Sequence record: OR805293.1
DNA length: 64,000 nucleotides
Direction: 5' to 3' (one strand)
Notes under the pieces: model-generated
What the model saw: the letters and a program-made list of their open reading frames with translations, nothing else
Told to the model about the DNA's origin: nothing
Database searches by the model: none
Translations under genes and position numbers: made by a program
In this document: one piece after another, positions 7,145 to 14,396 of the stretch
How the letters are laid out: each line of letters begins with the position of its first letter
Numbering within the stretch: the stretch's first letter is position 1

Positions 7145-7582
7145 ATGTCCAAAGCAACCGTTACCGTCGAGCAATCCGCAATCAAACTGGTTCGCCGCAA
7201 CCTGGAAGGGCACCGGCAAGCCCTGCTGCTGAACGGCGTCGAAGTAGGCAGCAGCGAAGCGTTCTACAAGACCAAAACCCAGCGCACCTGGTCGGCGAAG
7301 ATCGACGCCAACATCAACGGCAAGGACATCGTCCTCGAACAGAAAGGCGTGTTCAGCGCGATCCGGATCGCCCGGGCAATGGAACAAGCAATCCTGTTCA
7401 TCCTGACCGACGGCAAAGAAGGCGCCGAGATGCCGGCCAGCACGCTGAGCAAGGAAGAGCAAACCCACAACCTGGTCAAGGCAGTAGTCCAGGTCGCCGA
7501 CCACGCAGTTCAGTCCGGCGACGCTGCCCCGGCGAAGAAAGGCAGTTCGAAGAAGCGCAAAGAAGCCCAGCCGGAAGCATAA
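7145..7582 (+). CDS. Early hypothetical protein; paralog of 563..1018
   Basis: Promoter TTGTAC-18-TATACT at 7050-7079; RBS AGGAG; strongly G/C-ending codons; shared motifs with 563..1018. Confidence 0.9.
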   Translation: MSKATVTVEQSAIKLVRRNLEGHRQALLLNGVEVGSSEAFYKTKTQRTWSAKIDANINGKDIVLEQKGVFSAIRIARAMEQAILFILTDGKEGAEMPASTLSKEEQTHNLVKAVVQVADHAVQSGDAAPAKKGSSKKRKEAQPEA

Positions 7583-7595
7583 TCCGGACTACACC

Positions 7596-7621
7596 GAGAA
7601 AGCACCGAAAGGTGCTTTCTC
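7596..7621 (+). terminator. Terminator hairpin
   Basis: gagaaagcacc-gaaa-ggtgctttctc. Confidence 0.85.
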
Positions 7622-7630
7622 TATGACTGT

Positions 7631-7710
7631 TAATAGCAAATATTCTTATTTGCATCTAATCTGATATAATAATAACTCTTATTTACAAATCATACTGAAT
7701 ACTGTATTTT
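7631..7710 (+). promoter_or_regulatory. Two Fur-like boxes; the second overlaps the -35 of a sigma70 promoter
   Basis: 21-mers at 7631 and 7664; TTTACA(7682)-17-TATTTT(7705). Confidence 0.55.
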
Positions 7711-7738
7711 ACACATTAAACATTGTAGGTAATATAAA

Positions 7739-8227
7739 TTGAATATATTTGTGACTGACACAAATCCTTATGTATGTGCCAAACATCATTGTGATATTCA
7801 TCTAAGAAAGATGATAGTAGAAACAGCACAATTGTTAAGCACTACTCATTATATAATAAACGGATATACTCCTGCATATAAACCTACTCATAAAAATCAC
7901 CCATGTGCCGTTTGGATTAGAGAAAGTTCAAATAACTATAAATGGACTTATGAACTTCTTACAAGTCTTATAAATGAATTCGAATATAGATTTGACAAAC
8001 AACATGCAACTAAAATGCACCTTTCGTCATTAAAAACTATACCAAAACTCCCTAATATAGAAAGAACAGAGTTTGTCTTAGTTATGCCAGACGAATTTAA
8101 AACAGGTAATGTAACACATTCATATCAGTTATATTTAAATAACAAATTTAAAGAATGGGCATCGAGATCTAACAGACCCATTTATGCTACATATACAAAG
8201 ACACCTAAACCATATTTTATTAGTTGA
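7739..8227 (+). CDS. Pyrimidine-dimer DNA glycosylase / endonuclease V (DenV)-related protein
   Basis: NIF...HCDxHxxKMIVETAQLLST...YKPTHxNHPCxxWxRESxxNYxW pattern; TTG start. Confidence 0.8.
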   Translation: MNIFVTDTNPYVCAKHHCDIHLRKMIVETAQLLSTTHYIINGYTPAYKPTHKNHPCAVWIRESSNNYKWTYELLTSLINEFEYRFDKQHATKMHLSSLKTIPKLPNIERTEFVLVMPDEFKTGNVTHSYQLYLNNKFKEWASRSNRPIYATYTKTPKPYFIS

Positions 8228-8299
8228 AAAATAATAAAAATGATTGACACGTACATAAGATCATATTATGCTGTATAAAACAGCAAGGAGTAGATATAC

Positions 8300-8533
8300 A
8301 TGTACCGCAAACTGAATACAAATCCACGCCCAATGCCAAAAACAAAGGCAATTCCAACTAAATTTGTCATTCAGTACACTGCACGGAATAAAGCAACAGA
8401 AAGTTTGTTCAAAAAAAGAACTATTACATTACATGCGTTTGGACGTCTCGATGCACAAACACTCCTATCAAAACATATCCGAAAAAATAATTTGGAATTA
8501 GGTGTAATTATTGATTTCGGTGAAACAGTTTAG
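8300..8533 (+). CDS. Small basic early protein (77 aa)
   Basis: Promoter TTGACA-17-TATGCT at 8244-8272; RBS AAGGAG. Confidence 0.85.
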   Translation: MYRKLNTNPRPMPKTKAIPTKFVIQYTARNKATESLFKKRTITLHAFGRLDAQTLLSKHIRKNNLELGVIIDFGETV

Positions 8534-8542
8534 TTAGTGACT

Positions 8543-8658
8543 AAAGAAAGGGGCATTGCCCCTTTCTTTTTATTAAGTCAATTGCAAATGCAAATACAAA
8601 TTATTCTTATTTGCACAGATCAGACCTTGTTGTATTCTCCATTACGTGGTGCTACACT
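8543..8658 (+). promoter_or_regulatory. Cassette: terminator (8543-8572), Fur-like box (8592-8612), promoter
   Basis: aaagaaaggggc-att-gcccctttcttt; TGC-AAATACAAAT-T-ATTCTTATTT-GCA; TTGTAT-17-TACACT. Confidence 0.8.
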
Positions 8659-8697
8659 GTAAACAGTTGCACAAAACCATAAGCAGGAGTGTTAAAA

Positions 8698-8994
8698 ATG
8701 AACCAAGTGAATAACTCCGAAGAGATGGCGTACATCCGCAATCTGCTTCAGTCTGAAGATGCAGTAAAATACTTTGCTCGCAAAGTCAACGACCTCATCG
8801 GCAAAGAGGCATTCGAGCGGCTCCTTAACGGCTTGTCCTACGAGGAGAATGTTGCACTGAACCTGATGATCGAAAACAATCTCGCCAGCTTGCACAGCGA
8901 CGGGTTTGTCGGTATCAAGTTCGATCTCAAACTAGAAGACGTGCGTGCAGACGTCGACTTCACCGACGAAGGCTTCGAGCTGGAGGAAGAGTGA
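8698..8994 (+). CDS. Small, highly acidic early protein (98 aa)
   Basis: RBS AGCAGGAG favours ATG 8698; about 22 D/E versus 9 K/R; ends DVDFTDEGFELEEE. Confidence 0.9.
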   Translation: MNQVNNSEEMAYIRNLLQSEDAVKYFARKVNDLIGKEAFERLLNGLSYEENVALNLMIENNLASLHSDGFVGIKFDLKLEDVRADVDFTDEGFELEEE

Positions 8995-9130
8995 TGGCTT
9001 ACTACAATGAATTCTGAATACTGAAAAGTGCCTAAGAAGTAATTCCAGTTGTATCTAAAACACTATGTGTTATTATACATATAGTGTTTTTATTTCTTAT
9101 AATTATATTCAATAATAATGGTAAACATAT

Positions 9131-9454
9131 ATGATTGAAGTAATTAAATGCATTATATGTAATGAATCACCCCGTCCGGGCGCATTTGCAGCATTTATTA
9201 CTCAAATGCGTCAAGTAGTAAAACCTCATGCAACTATAACTAGTTGGAATATTCTGCCCGGCATTAATGATGATCCAACTAGTTATATTCATGCATTCAG
9301 TATAAAATCAAAAACAGCATACGATATTAATCAAGCAATTACCTTATTACTAATGTCATTATATAATGCTAGTGAATATAAGACTAGCTACATACCTACT
9401 TCGTTTAAAGACTATGAATCTACAATAAAACATTTATCTAAGATCAAACAATAA
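9131..9454 (+). CDS. Hypothetical protein (107 aa)
   Basis: ORF after promoter TTGTAT-16-TATTAT at 9049-9076. Confidence 0.75.
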   Translation: MIEVIKCIICNESPRPGAFAAFITQMRQVVKPHATITSWNILPGINDDPTSYIHAFSIKSKTAYDINQAITLLLMSLYNASEYKTSYIPTSFKDYESTIKHLSKIKQ

Positions 9455-9518
9455 CCAGTTGCATATTTACAAATATACATGTATGCTAATATGTATACAC
9501 AATCATGAGTACATTATC

Positions 9519-9674
9519 ATGACAAAAGAAATTGCTTTTACTGAAGGATTAAAAGCAGGCACTCAAATAAAAGAAGGCAAAGCTATCCTAACTGACTTCT
9601 TTCGATATTTCAATTCCTTACCAACTAATATGAGAACTTCTTTTATCATCGGTATCAAAACCGGTAGAAACTAA
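9519..9674 (+). CDS. Hypothetical protein (51 aa)
   Basis: Promoter TTGCAT-17-TATGCT at 9459-9487; GAG RBS; ATG 9519. Confidence 0.7.
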   Translation: MTKEIAFTEGLKAGTQIKEGKAILTDFFRYFNSLPTNMRTSFIIGIKTGRN

Positions 9675-9761
9675 TAAGCATATTAATTTTCATATTTTGG
9701 TAGACAAAGGTACTCACTGGATGCATACTGTACACATACAGAACATACGGAGTACAAAGGG

Positions 9762-10031
9762 ATGGACGCGCGCAGCCTGCTTAGCCTTATCGAAGACCTC
9801 CCTATAGCTGTCTTCGGCAGCACAATGGATATTGTTCATCGAGTCAATTTTGAAGCTCTGGACAATGCCGCCCACACCGACGGGGTAAAAGTCCACGAAG
9901 ACGGAACCAACCGTTATACAGACGCTTTTGTCGATTGTTGGCTCCGCAGCGTCGAAACAGTTTTGGCCTGTTGCGATTTTGTGACCGAGGATGCCGCTAA
10001 GTGGTATATCGAGCACGGTGTCAAGTTTTGA
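9762..10031 (+). CDS. Small acidic early protein (89 aa)
   Basis: Promoter TAGACA-17-CATACT at 9701-9729; leader ...acggagtaca like that of gene 563. Confidence 0.85.
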   Translation: MDARSLLSLIEDLPIAVFGSTMDIVHRVNFEALDNAAHTDGVKVHEDGTNRYTDAFVDCWLRSVETVLACCDFVTEDAAKWYIEHGVKF

Positions 10032-10129
10032 CATCCTCTGCCTCGCCTGCAGATAAAAAGGTTGACGTAGACTAGCAATGGACACATAATAATTACAACG
10101 CAACGCAACTAGCCCTGGAGGGCAAAACT

Positions 10130-10279
10130 ATGTGCAACATCCAATGCATGAACAGCAAAGCCGGCGAGTCCTACGCATGGATTTGGAGCGATAGCGATAG
10201 CGATATCTGCTACGAAGTTATCTTCAGGCATGGCCAGGTCCTCACCCAGGTTTGGCTCGGCTATGATATCGTAGCCTAA
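10130..10279 (+). CDS. Hypothetical protein (49 aa)
   Basis: Promoter TTGACG-17-CATAAT at 10062-10090; RBS GGAGGG; MCNIQCMNSKAGESYAWIW... Confidence 0.7.
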   Translation: MCNIQCMNSKAGESYAWIWSDSDSDICYEVIFRHGQVLTQVWLGYDIVA

Positions 10280-10328
10280 CACCAACCGAAGCCCCGTCCC
10301 AGGCGGGGCTTCACCGAAGGAAAAGATC

Positions 10329-10538
10329 ATGATCGAACAACTGAAAGACATGCTCGTAGCGCAACGCATGCGCATGAACCAACTCGAAAAACTGCGCTAC
10401 ACCGGACGCGTCGCTAGCGAGTTGCATGCCCACGCCAGGGAATTGTGTGAAGCCTTGGAACTGGCAATTGCAAATGCCCAGTGCCTGGAAATGCGCAAGT
10501 TCGAAGAAGCCGCCCTGCACGCCCTGTTCGCACAATAA
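10329..10538 (+). CDS. Hypothetical helical protein (69 aa)
   Basis: RBS AAGGA; GC-rich codons. Confidence 0.8.
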   Translation: MIEQLKDMLVAQRMRMNQLEKLRYTGRVASELHAHARELCEALELAIANAQCLEMRKFEEAALHALFAQ

Positions 10539-10571
10539 CCCACCACGCACAACCCGACAAGGAAACCAACC

Positions 10572-11063
10572 ATGAGCACTACCATCCCCGATTCGATTCA
10601 TCCGAGTGACCTTCCCGAAATCGGCCAGCCCCTGGCTGATGGAACCTTCTTTGCCCGCCAATGGCTCAATGGCAAGGAATACGCCTACGTCGATCTCGGC
10701 AAAAGCTCCGAGTTCACTGAAGAATGGGGCGAGTATGGGCAGGATGTGAACGGCGCCGACGGCTACCGAGACGGAGCTTCGAACACGGTCGCCATGGCTG
10801 AAGCTGGCAGCCCGATTGCCAAGCAAGCCATGGCGACCGGAGAAGGCGTATTCATTCCCTCTGTTCTGGAACTGGCTCTTCTGTTCTCAGCAAATCAAGC
10901 AGGCGAGCTGTCTGGTTTCGCAGATCGCTGGTACTGGTCGAGTTCGCAGTACTCCGCCTGCGGCGCCTTCCGCATGCACTTCGGCGACGGCGAGGCTAGT
11001 GTCGCCATCAAGAGCAGCGCCTGGTTGGTCCGCCCCGTTCGCAAGATTCTCATCCTTCAGTAA
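10572..11063 (+). CDS. DUF1566 / Lcl C-terminal (C-type lectin-fold) protein
   Basis: PxIGQP...G.FF N-terminus, PSxxELxLL and WYWSSSQYS...AF.M.F.DG....K.....VRPVR pattern typical of this family in Pseudomonas temperate phages. Confidence 0.8.
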   Translation: MSTTIPDSIHPSDLPEIGQPLADGTFFARQWLNGKEYAYVDLGKSSEFTEEWGEYGQDVNGADGYRDGASNTVAMAEAGSPIAKQAMATGEGVFIPSVLELALLFSANQAGELSGFADRWYWSSSQYSACGAFRMHFGDGEASVAIKSSAWLVRPVRKILILQ

Positions 11064-11140
11064 TATAGCCCCGGAGATAACACGATGAACATGCACCTCT
11101 CCAAGCATTGTCTGCGCCAACGCGGGACCAAGGAACAATC

Positions 11141-11389
11141 ATGAGCATTGCAAGCTACCTCTTGTTGTCCACCATTGTCTTCAACAACAACACCTACGCT
11201 CGTTCGACGACAGTGGACACCATTGTGGTTCGTGACCTTAGCAAGGAAGACTGCGAGGCGCTCAAGCGTGAGCGCGAAGCAGTTGTGAAGAACATCCGGG
11301 CAAGGAACTTCGGTAGCTCTGGCGATACGAGTAGTATCACTGTGGGCTTTTCCAAACATAGCTGCACAAAGATGGAGGGTACGAAATAA
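11141..11389 (+). CDS. Hypothetical protein, hydrophobic N-terminus (82 aa)
   Basis: RBS AAGGA favours ATG 11141; overlaps a 19-aa mini-ORF at 11085..11144. Confidence 0.75.
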   Translation: MSIASYLLLSTIVFNNNTYARSTTVDTIVVRDLSKEDCEALKREREAVVKNIRARNFGSSGDTSSITVGFSKHSCTKMEGTK

Positions 11390-11529
11390 CTCAACTGGCC
11401 ACGGCGAGCAAACATTGCCTGGCAGGTGCTAGCTGAACGACTGGCGGAACAATAAATAAAGGTTGACGTGCGTCTAGCGGCGGATGCATAATAGCTACAA
11501 GACAACACAGCAAGCCCCGGAGGGCCGCC

Positions 11530-11730
11530 ATGAGCCAGATCGTAGATGTCAAGCAAATTGCAATTGATGCAAACCGTCGCCCCGCCTACAATGCGGTCAT
11601 GGTGCGCTGGTTGATTCAGGAAGCTGAATTGCACCGTAGCTGCGGACGCACTGCTACCCTGTTCTGCATCGTTCGCAACCGCCCTGACGGCACACAGCGC
11701 CAGCTTGTGCAGCTTGTGGCTAGCGAGTAA
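11530..11730 (+). CDS. Hypothetical protein (66 aa)
   Basis: Promoter TTGACG-18-CATAAT at 11463-11492; RBS GGAGGG. Confidence 0.8.
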   Translation: MSQIVDVKQIAIDANRRPAYNAVMVRWLIQEAELHRSCGRTATLFCIVRNRPDGTQRQLVQLVASE

Positions 11731-11760
11731 CCTCAATCACCCTACGCCCAGGAGGCCGTC

Positions 11761-11925
11761 ATGAATGCTGCACTGGCCAGACTTCAAAACGAACGTTGCA
11801 TGTTACTTCGCCGGATGCTTTGCAGCAAATGGCACGGATTCTGTTTTGCAGGTCACCCCTGGGCAGAACAAGCCCGCAATCTGCACGACGAATCCAAGTG
11901 CATCCGAGAACATTACAGTAAGTAA
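11761..11925 (+). CDS. Hypothetical protein (54 aa)
   Basis: RBS AGGAGG; MNAALARLQNERCMLLRR...; below the ORF-track cutoff. Confidence 0.75.
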   Translation: MNAALARLQNERCMLLRRMLCSKWHGFCFAGHPWAEQARNLHDESKCIREHYSK

Positions 11926-11959
11926 TCCAATCCCACTGGATCTTACTGAGGATAAGATA

Positions 11960-12064
11960 ATGACCTACGCAGAACTAATAAAGAAACTACATAACATAGA
12001 AGCTGGTCATTATCTTTCCAATAATGAAGTTAAGTTTCAAAACACAGGCAAGCAGGAGAACTAA
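11960..12064 (+). CDS. Hypothetical peptide (34 aa)
   Basis: RBS GAGGA; 3' part of track ORF 11765..12064. Confidence 0.55.
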   Translation: MTYAELIKKLHNIEAGHYLSNNEVKFQNTGKQEN

Positions 12065-12065
12065 A

Positions 12066-12362
12066 ATGAATTGCGAACATTTTTTCCTCAGTGCAGTAAA
12101 AGAACTTCTGTCCCTGTACCACATTAAGAGTACTATTCAACCGTCTTCTGATAACCTCGAAGAATTGGTAGTAGTTATTACCGATACTGTTTTTGGTACT
12201 ATCAGATACGTTGGCAATAACACCGGATCAGTTATGTGTTATACGATGGGCGGTAATTACCCGTTCTATGATACTGAGTGTTATTCCAACCGAACTATGA
12301 TAGATTGTGTTATGTTGATATCAGTTTGGTATTCAATGTTCCCGACATTTGATAATAAGTAA
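12066..12362 (+). CDS. Hypothetical protein (98 aa)
   Basis: RBS AGCAGGAG favours ATG 12066. Confidence 0.8.
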   Translation: MNCEHFFLSAVKELLSLYHIKSTIQPSSDNLEELVVVITDTVFGTIRYVGNNTGSVMCYTMGGNYPFYDTECYSNRTMIDCVMLISVWYSMFPTFDNK

Positions 12363-12618
12363 TATAATGGTTGCTCTATATAGTGTATGATGTTAGTTGT
12401 ATACCATATAGAACAATTCTATTAACTGGGAGGGATTAATAAAAATATTTTCTTGACAATAGCAGGTATAGGATAATTCTATTATACTGAAAATTGTTAT
12501 AGAAAAATATAGTTGACAAATTTTGAAAGTGATGAATTCCAACACCGGGTGGCTGTAAGCTGAGACGGTTGACATTCGGTGGCTGGTGGATTGTTACGCG
12601 GGTAGATTTTGAAATTCA

Positions 12619-12822
12619 CCGTCTATAGGTTCGTTCATAACACTTTCACTTACAAGTCACTTTCATTTATAAGTCATTTCCGTCTATAGGTTCACTCATA
12701 ACACATATAAGTTACTTCCATTCGCTCATAAGTCACTTTCGTTTATAAGCCACTTTCTCACTTTCATTTATAGGTCACCTTCAGTACTGTTACTACACAC
12801 ATTCACACCTATAAGTCATTTC
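12619..12822 (+). repeat. Degenerate C/T-rich tandem (iteron-like) repeat array
   Basis: 25-bp repeat at 12619-12643 and 12680-12704 (23/25 identical); aagtcactttc(a/g)tttat at 12654 and 12730; about 7 variants of aagtca(c)tttc. Confidence 0.85.
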
Positions 12823-12954
12823 ACTGTATTATACTGTACTATACCGTATCATATATACTTCATACAATTTTCTTCTTTATCATGCTGCTAGTAAACAATC
12901 TATGTTATTATGTGTAGAAATGTTGTATAGTGTATTATAGTAAGTATAGTATGA

Positions 12955-13188
12955 TTGCTATACATTATTCCTAATCTCATATTGTTGTTTAACTTTCCAA
13001 ATCTGTCTCGGCTGTTCTACTTTATGTCTCATAGTTACGTATTTTCTTTATCTAGGCGTATACGTAATAAACAAAGTAACTTTATAAAAAATTACTATAA
13101 CTCATTAAAATGGGTATACGGTGAAAGAAACATTTATAGATATATTACACGATACTCATTATGTAGAGCACTATATAGAGGCTATTAA
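12955..13188 (+). CDS. AT-rich mini-ORF (start uncertain)
   Basis: First of a tightly packed run; no SD. Confidence 0.45.
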   Translation: MLYIIPNLILLFNFPNLSRLFYFMSHSYVFSLSRRIRNKQSNFIKNYYNSLKWVYGERNIYRYITRYSLCRALYRGY

Positions 13189-13194
13189 ATAAAA

Positions 13195-13404
13195 ATGAGT
13201 GGTATAATAAAAACATCTGTGTATTATAATAATATTAATATATCTTCTTATGTTGCAATTATTAAACTAGCTACAACATATAGGTTAAAAGAATTTTCAT
13301 ACATTGGAAATTTAAATATATCTTTAATACGCAATAAAACGTATGTTACATTGAGTGTAAGTAAATATGGTATAAAAATTAATGTTAATATTAGAAATAT
13401 CTAG
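13195..13404 (+). CDS. AT-rich mini-ORF (69 aa)
   Basis: Part of an overlapping run. Confidence 0.55.
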   Translation: MSGIIKTSVYYNNINISSYVAIIKLATTYRLKEFSYIGNLNISLIRNKTYVTLSVSKYGIKINVNIRNI

Positions 13405-13549
13405 GTTAGCGAGGGTTATACGATATGATACATTCCTTAATGCTAAATATACACTTTTTAATAGTATACCGAATTTAAGCATGTATAAAATAGGCATTGA
13501 TGTTGATGATAATGTTATATCTATAATAGTTTACCAAACATATGAATAA
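13382..13549 (+). CDS. AT-rich mini-ORF (55 aa)
   Basis: Fills the gap in the run; 8-nt overlap (ATGAATAA) with the next ORF. Confidence 0.55.
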   Translation: MLILEISRLARVIRYDTFLNAKYTLFNSIPNLSMYKIGIDVDDNVISIIVYQTYE

Positions 13550-13757
13550 AATATTTTTAATTTCTAACAATATTACTTTAATGAAGTATAACATACTTTA
13601 CTATTATTATTCTGCTATTGCAGTTAATACACATAAATTCTGGAAGGATAGAAGCTACGATATTGAAATAACATTTACAGGAGGCAATGCAATTATTCTG
13701 GAGTTGTTATTTCTAAATTGTAGAATAAAGGTTAGGAAACAATATGACTACGAATGA
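13542..13757 (+). CDS. AT-rich mini-ORF (71 aa)
   Basis: Overlaps both neighbours. Confidence 0.55.
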   Translation: MNKIFLISNNITLMKYNILYYYYSAIAVNTHKFWKDRSYDIEITFTGGNAIILELLFLNCRIKVRKQYDYE

Positions 13758-13938
13758 GATTATACACTGCTCGCGTATTGTAGGGATGAACAGAATACGA
13801 AAATACATTGTTGTATTTTATAGATGTGAGTTTAAAAGTTTATATATGCAGCTTAATAACGAGCTTGGCCATTGTGGAAGTTTAGGTTTAAAGTATAGAG
13901 ACTTTGATTCAGATATACTTTTTCGTATAATTCGATAA
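13744..13938 (+). CDS. AT-rich mini-ORF (64 aa)
   Basis: Overlaps the upstream ORF. Confidence 0.55.
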   Translation: MTTNEIIHCSRIVGMNRIRKYIVVFYRCEFKSLYMQLNNELGHCGSLGLKYRDFDSDILFRIIR

Positions 13939-13940
13939 TT

Positions 13941-14126
13941 ATGAATATATTTAAAATTAGTGTTTTATCATATGAAACAATGCAATTAGATACATTGCTT
14001 CGATATATTACAATACCCCAACATGTACCTATAAAGACTGTTTCTATAGTATATTTAAATGATTCAAAATTTGAAGTATACATTATCTTTGATAATATGA
14101 ATTATATAATACTCACACATGAATAG
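13941..14126 (+). CDS. AT-rich mini-ORF (61 aa)
   Basis: 2-nt gap upstream, 8-nt overlap downstream. Confidence 0.55.
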   Translation: MNIFKISVLSYETMQLDTLLRYITIPQHVPIKTVSIVYLNDSKFEVYIIFDNMNYIILTHE

Positions 14127-14346
14127 TATTTTATTAAGATCTAGAATTCTATCATACGAAAATATAAATTCTTTTTTTAATATACTCTCGGCTATCAGTA
14201 GTAAGCGTAATCATACCTGGTCTGCTGTACGCAGCGTATGGTGCGAGTGTTTTAGAGATAATAATTACACACGGGTAAATTTCTCTGTTGAAACCTTTGC
14301 AGATAATACATTTACTTTAGCCAAATATAGAAGTAACAAAGCATAA
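14119..14346 (+). CDS. AT-rich mini-ORF (75 aa)
   Basis: Last of the first run. Confidence 0.55.
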   Translation: MNSILLRSRILSYENINSFFNILSAISSKRNHTWSAVRSVWCECFRDNNYTRVNFSVETFADNTFTLAKYRSNKA

Positions 14347-14396
14347 CTCTATATTAAACATATATCAATATACACCAGGGTGAAGAATGAATAAAC

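Noticed and set aside
7046-7504. Minus-strand ORFs 7046..7504 and 7264..7479, and similar antisense ORFs across 10109-11736
   Set aside because: Antisense shadows of high-GC3 genes that have clear promoters and RBSs on the plus strand.
11765-12064. 99-aa track ORF
   Set aside because: The RBS-supported genes are 11761..11925 (different frame) and 11960..12064; the long frame has no RBS.
12582-12589. E. coli Chi sequence GCTGGTGG
   Set aside because: Only one copy noticed, compatible with chance, and the host is probably not an enterobacterium.
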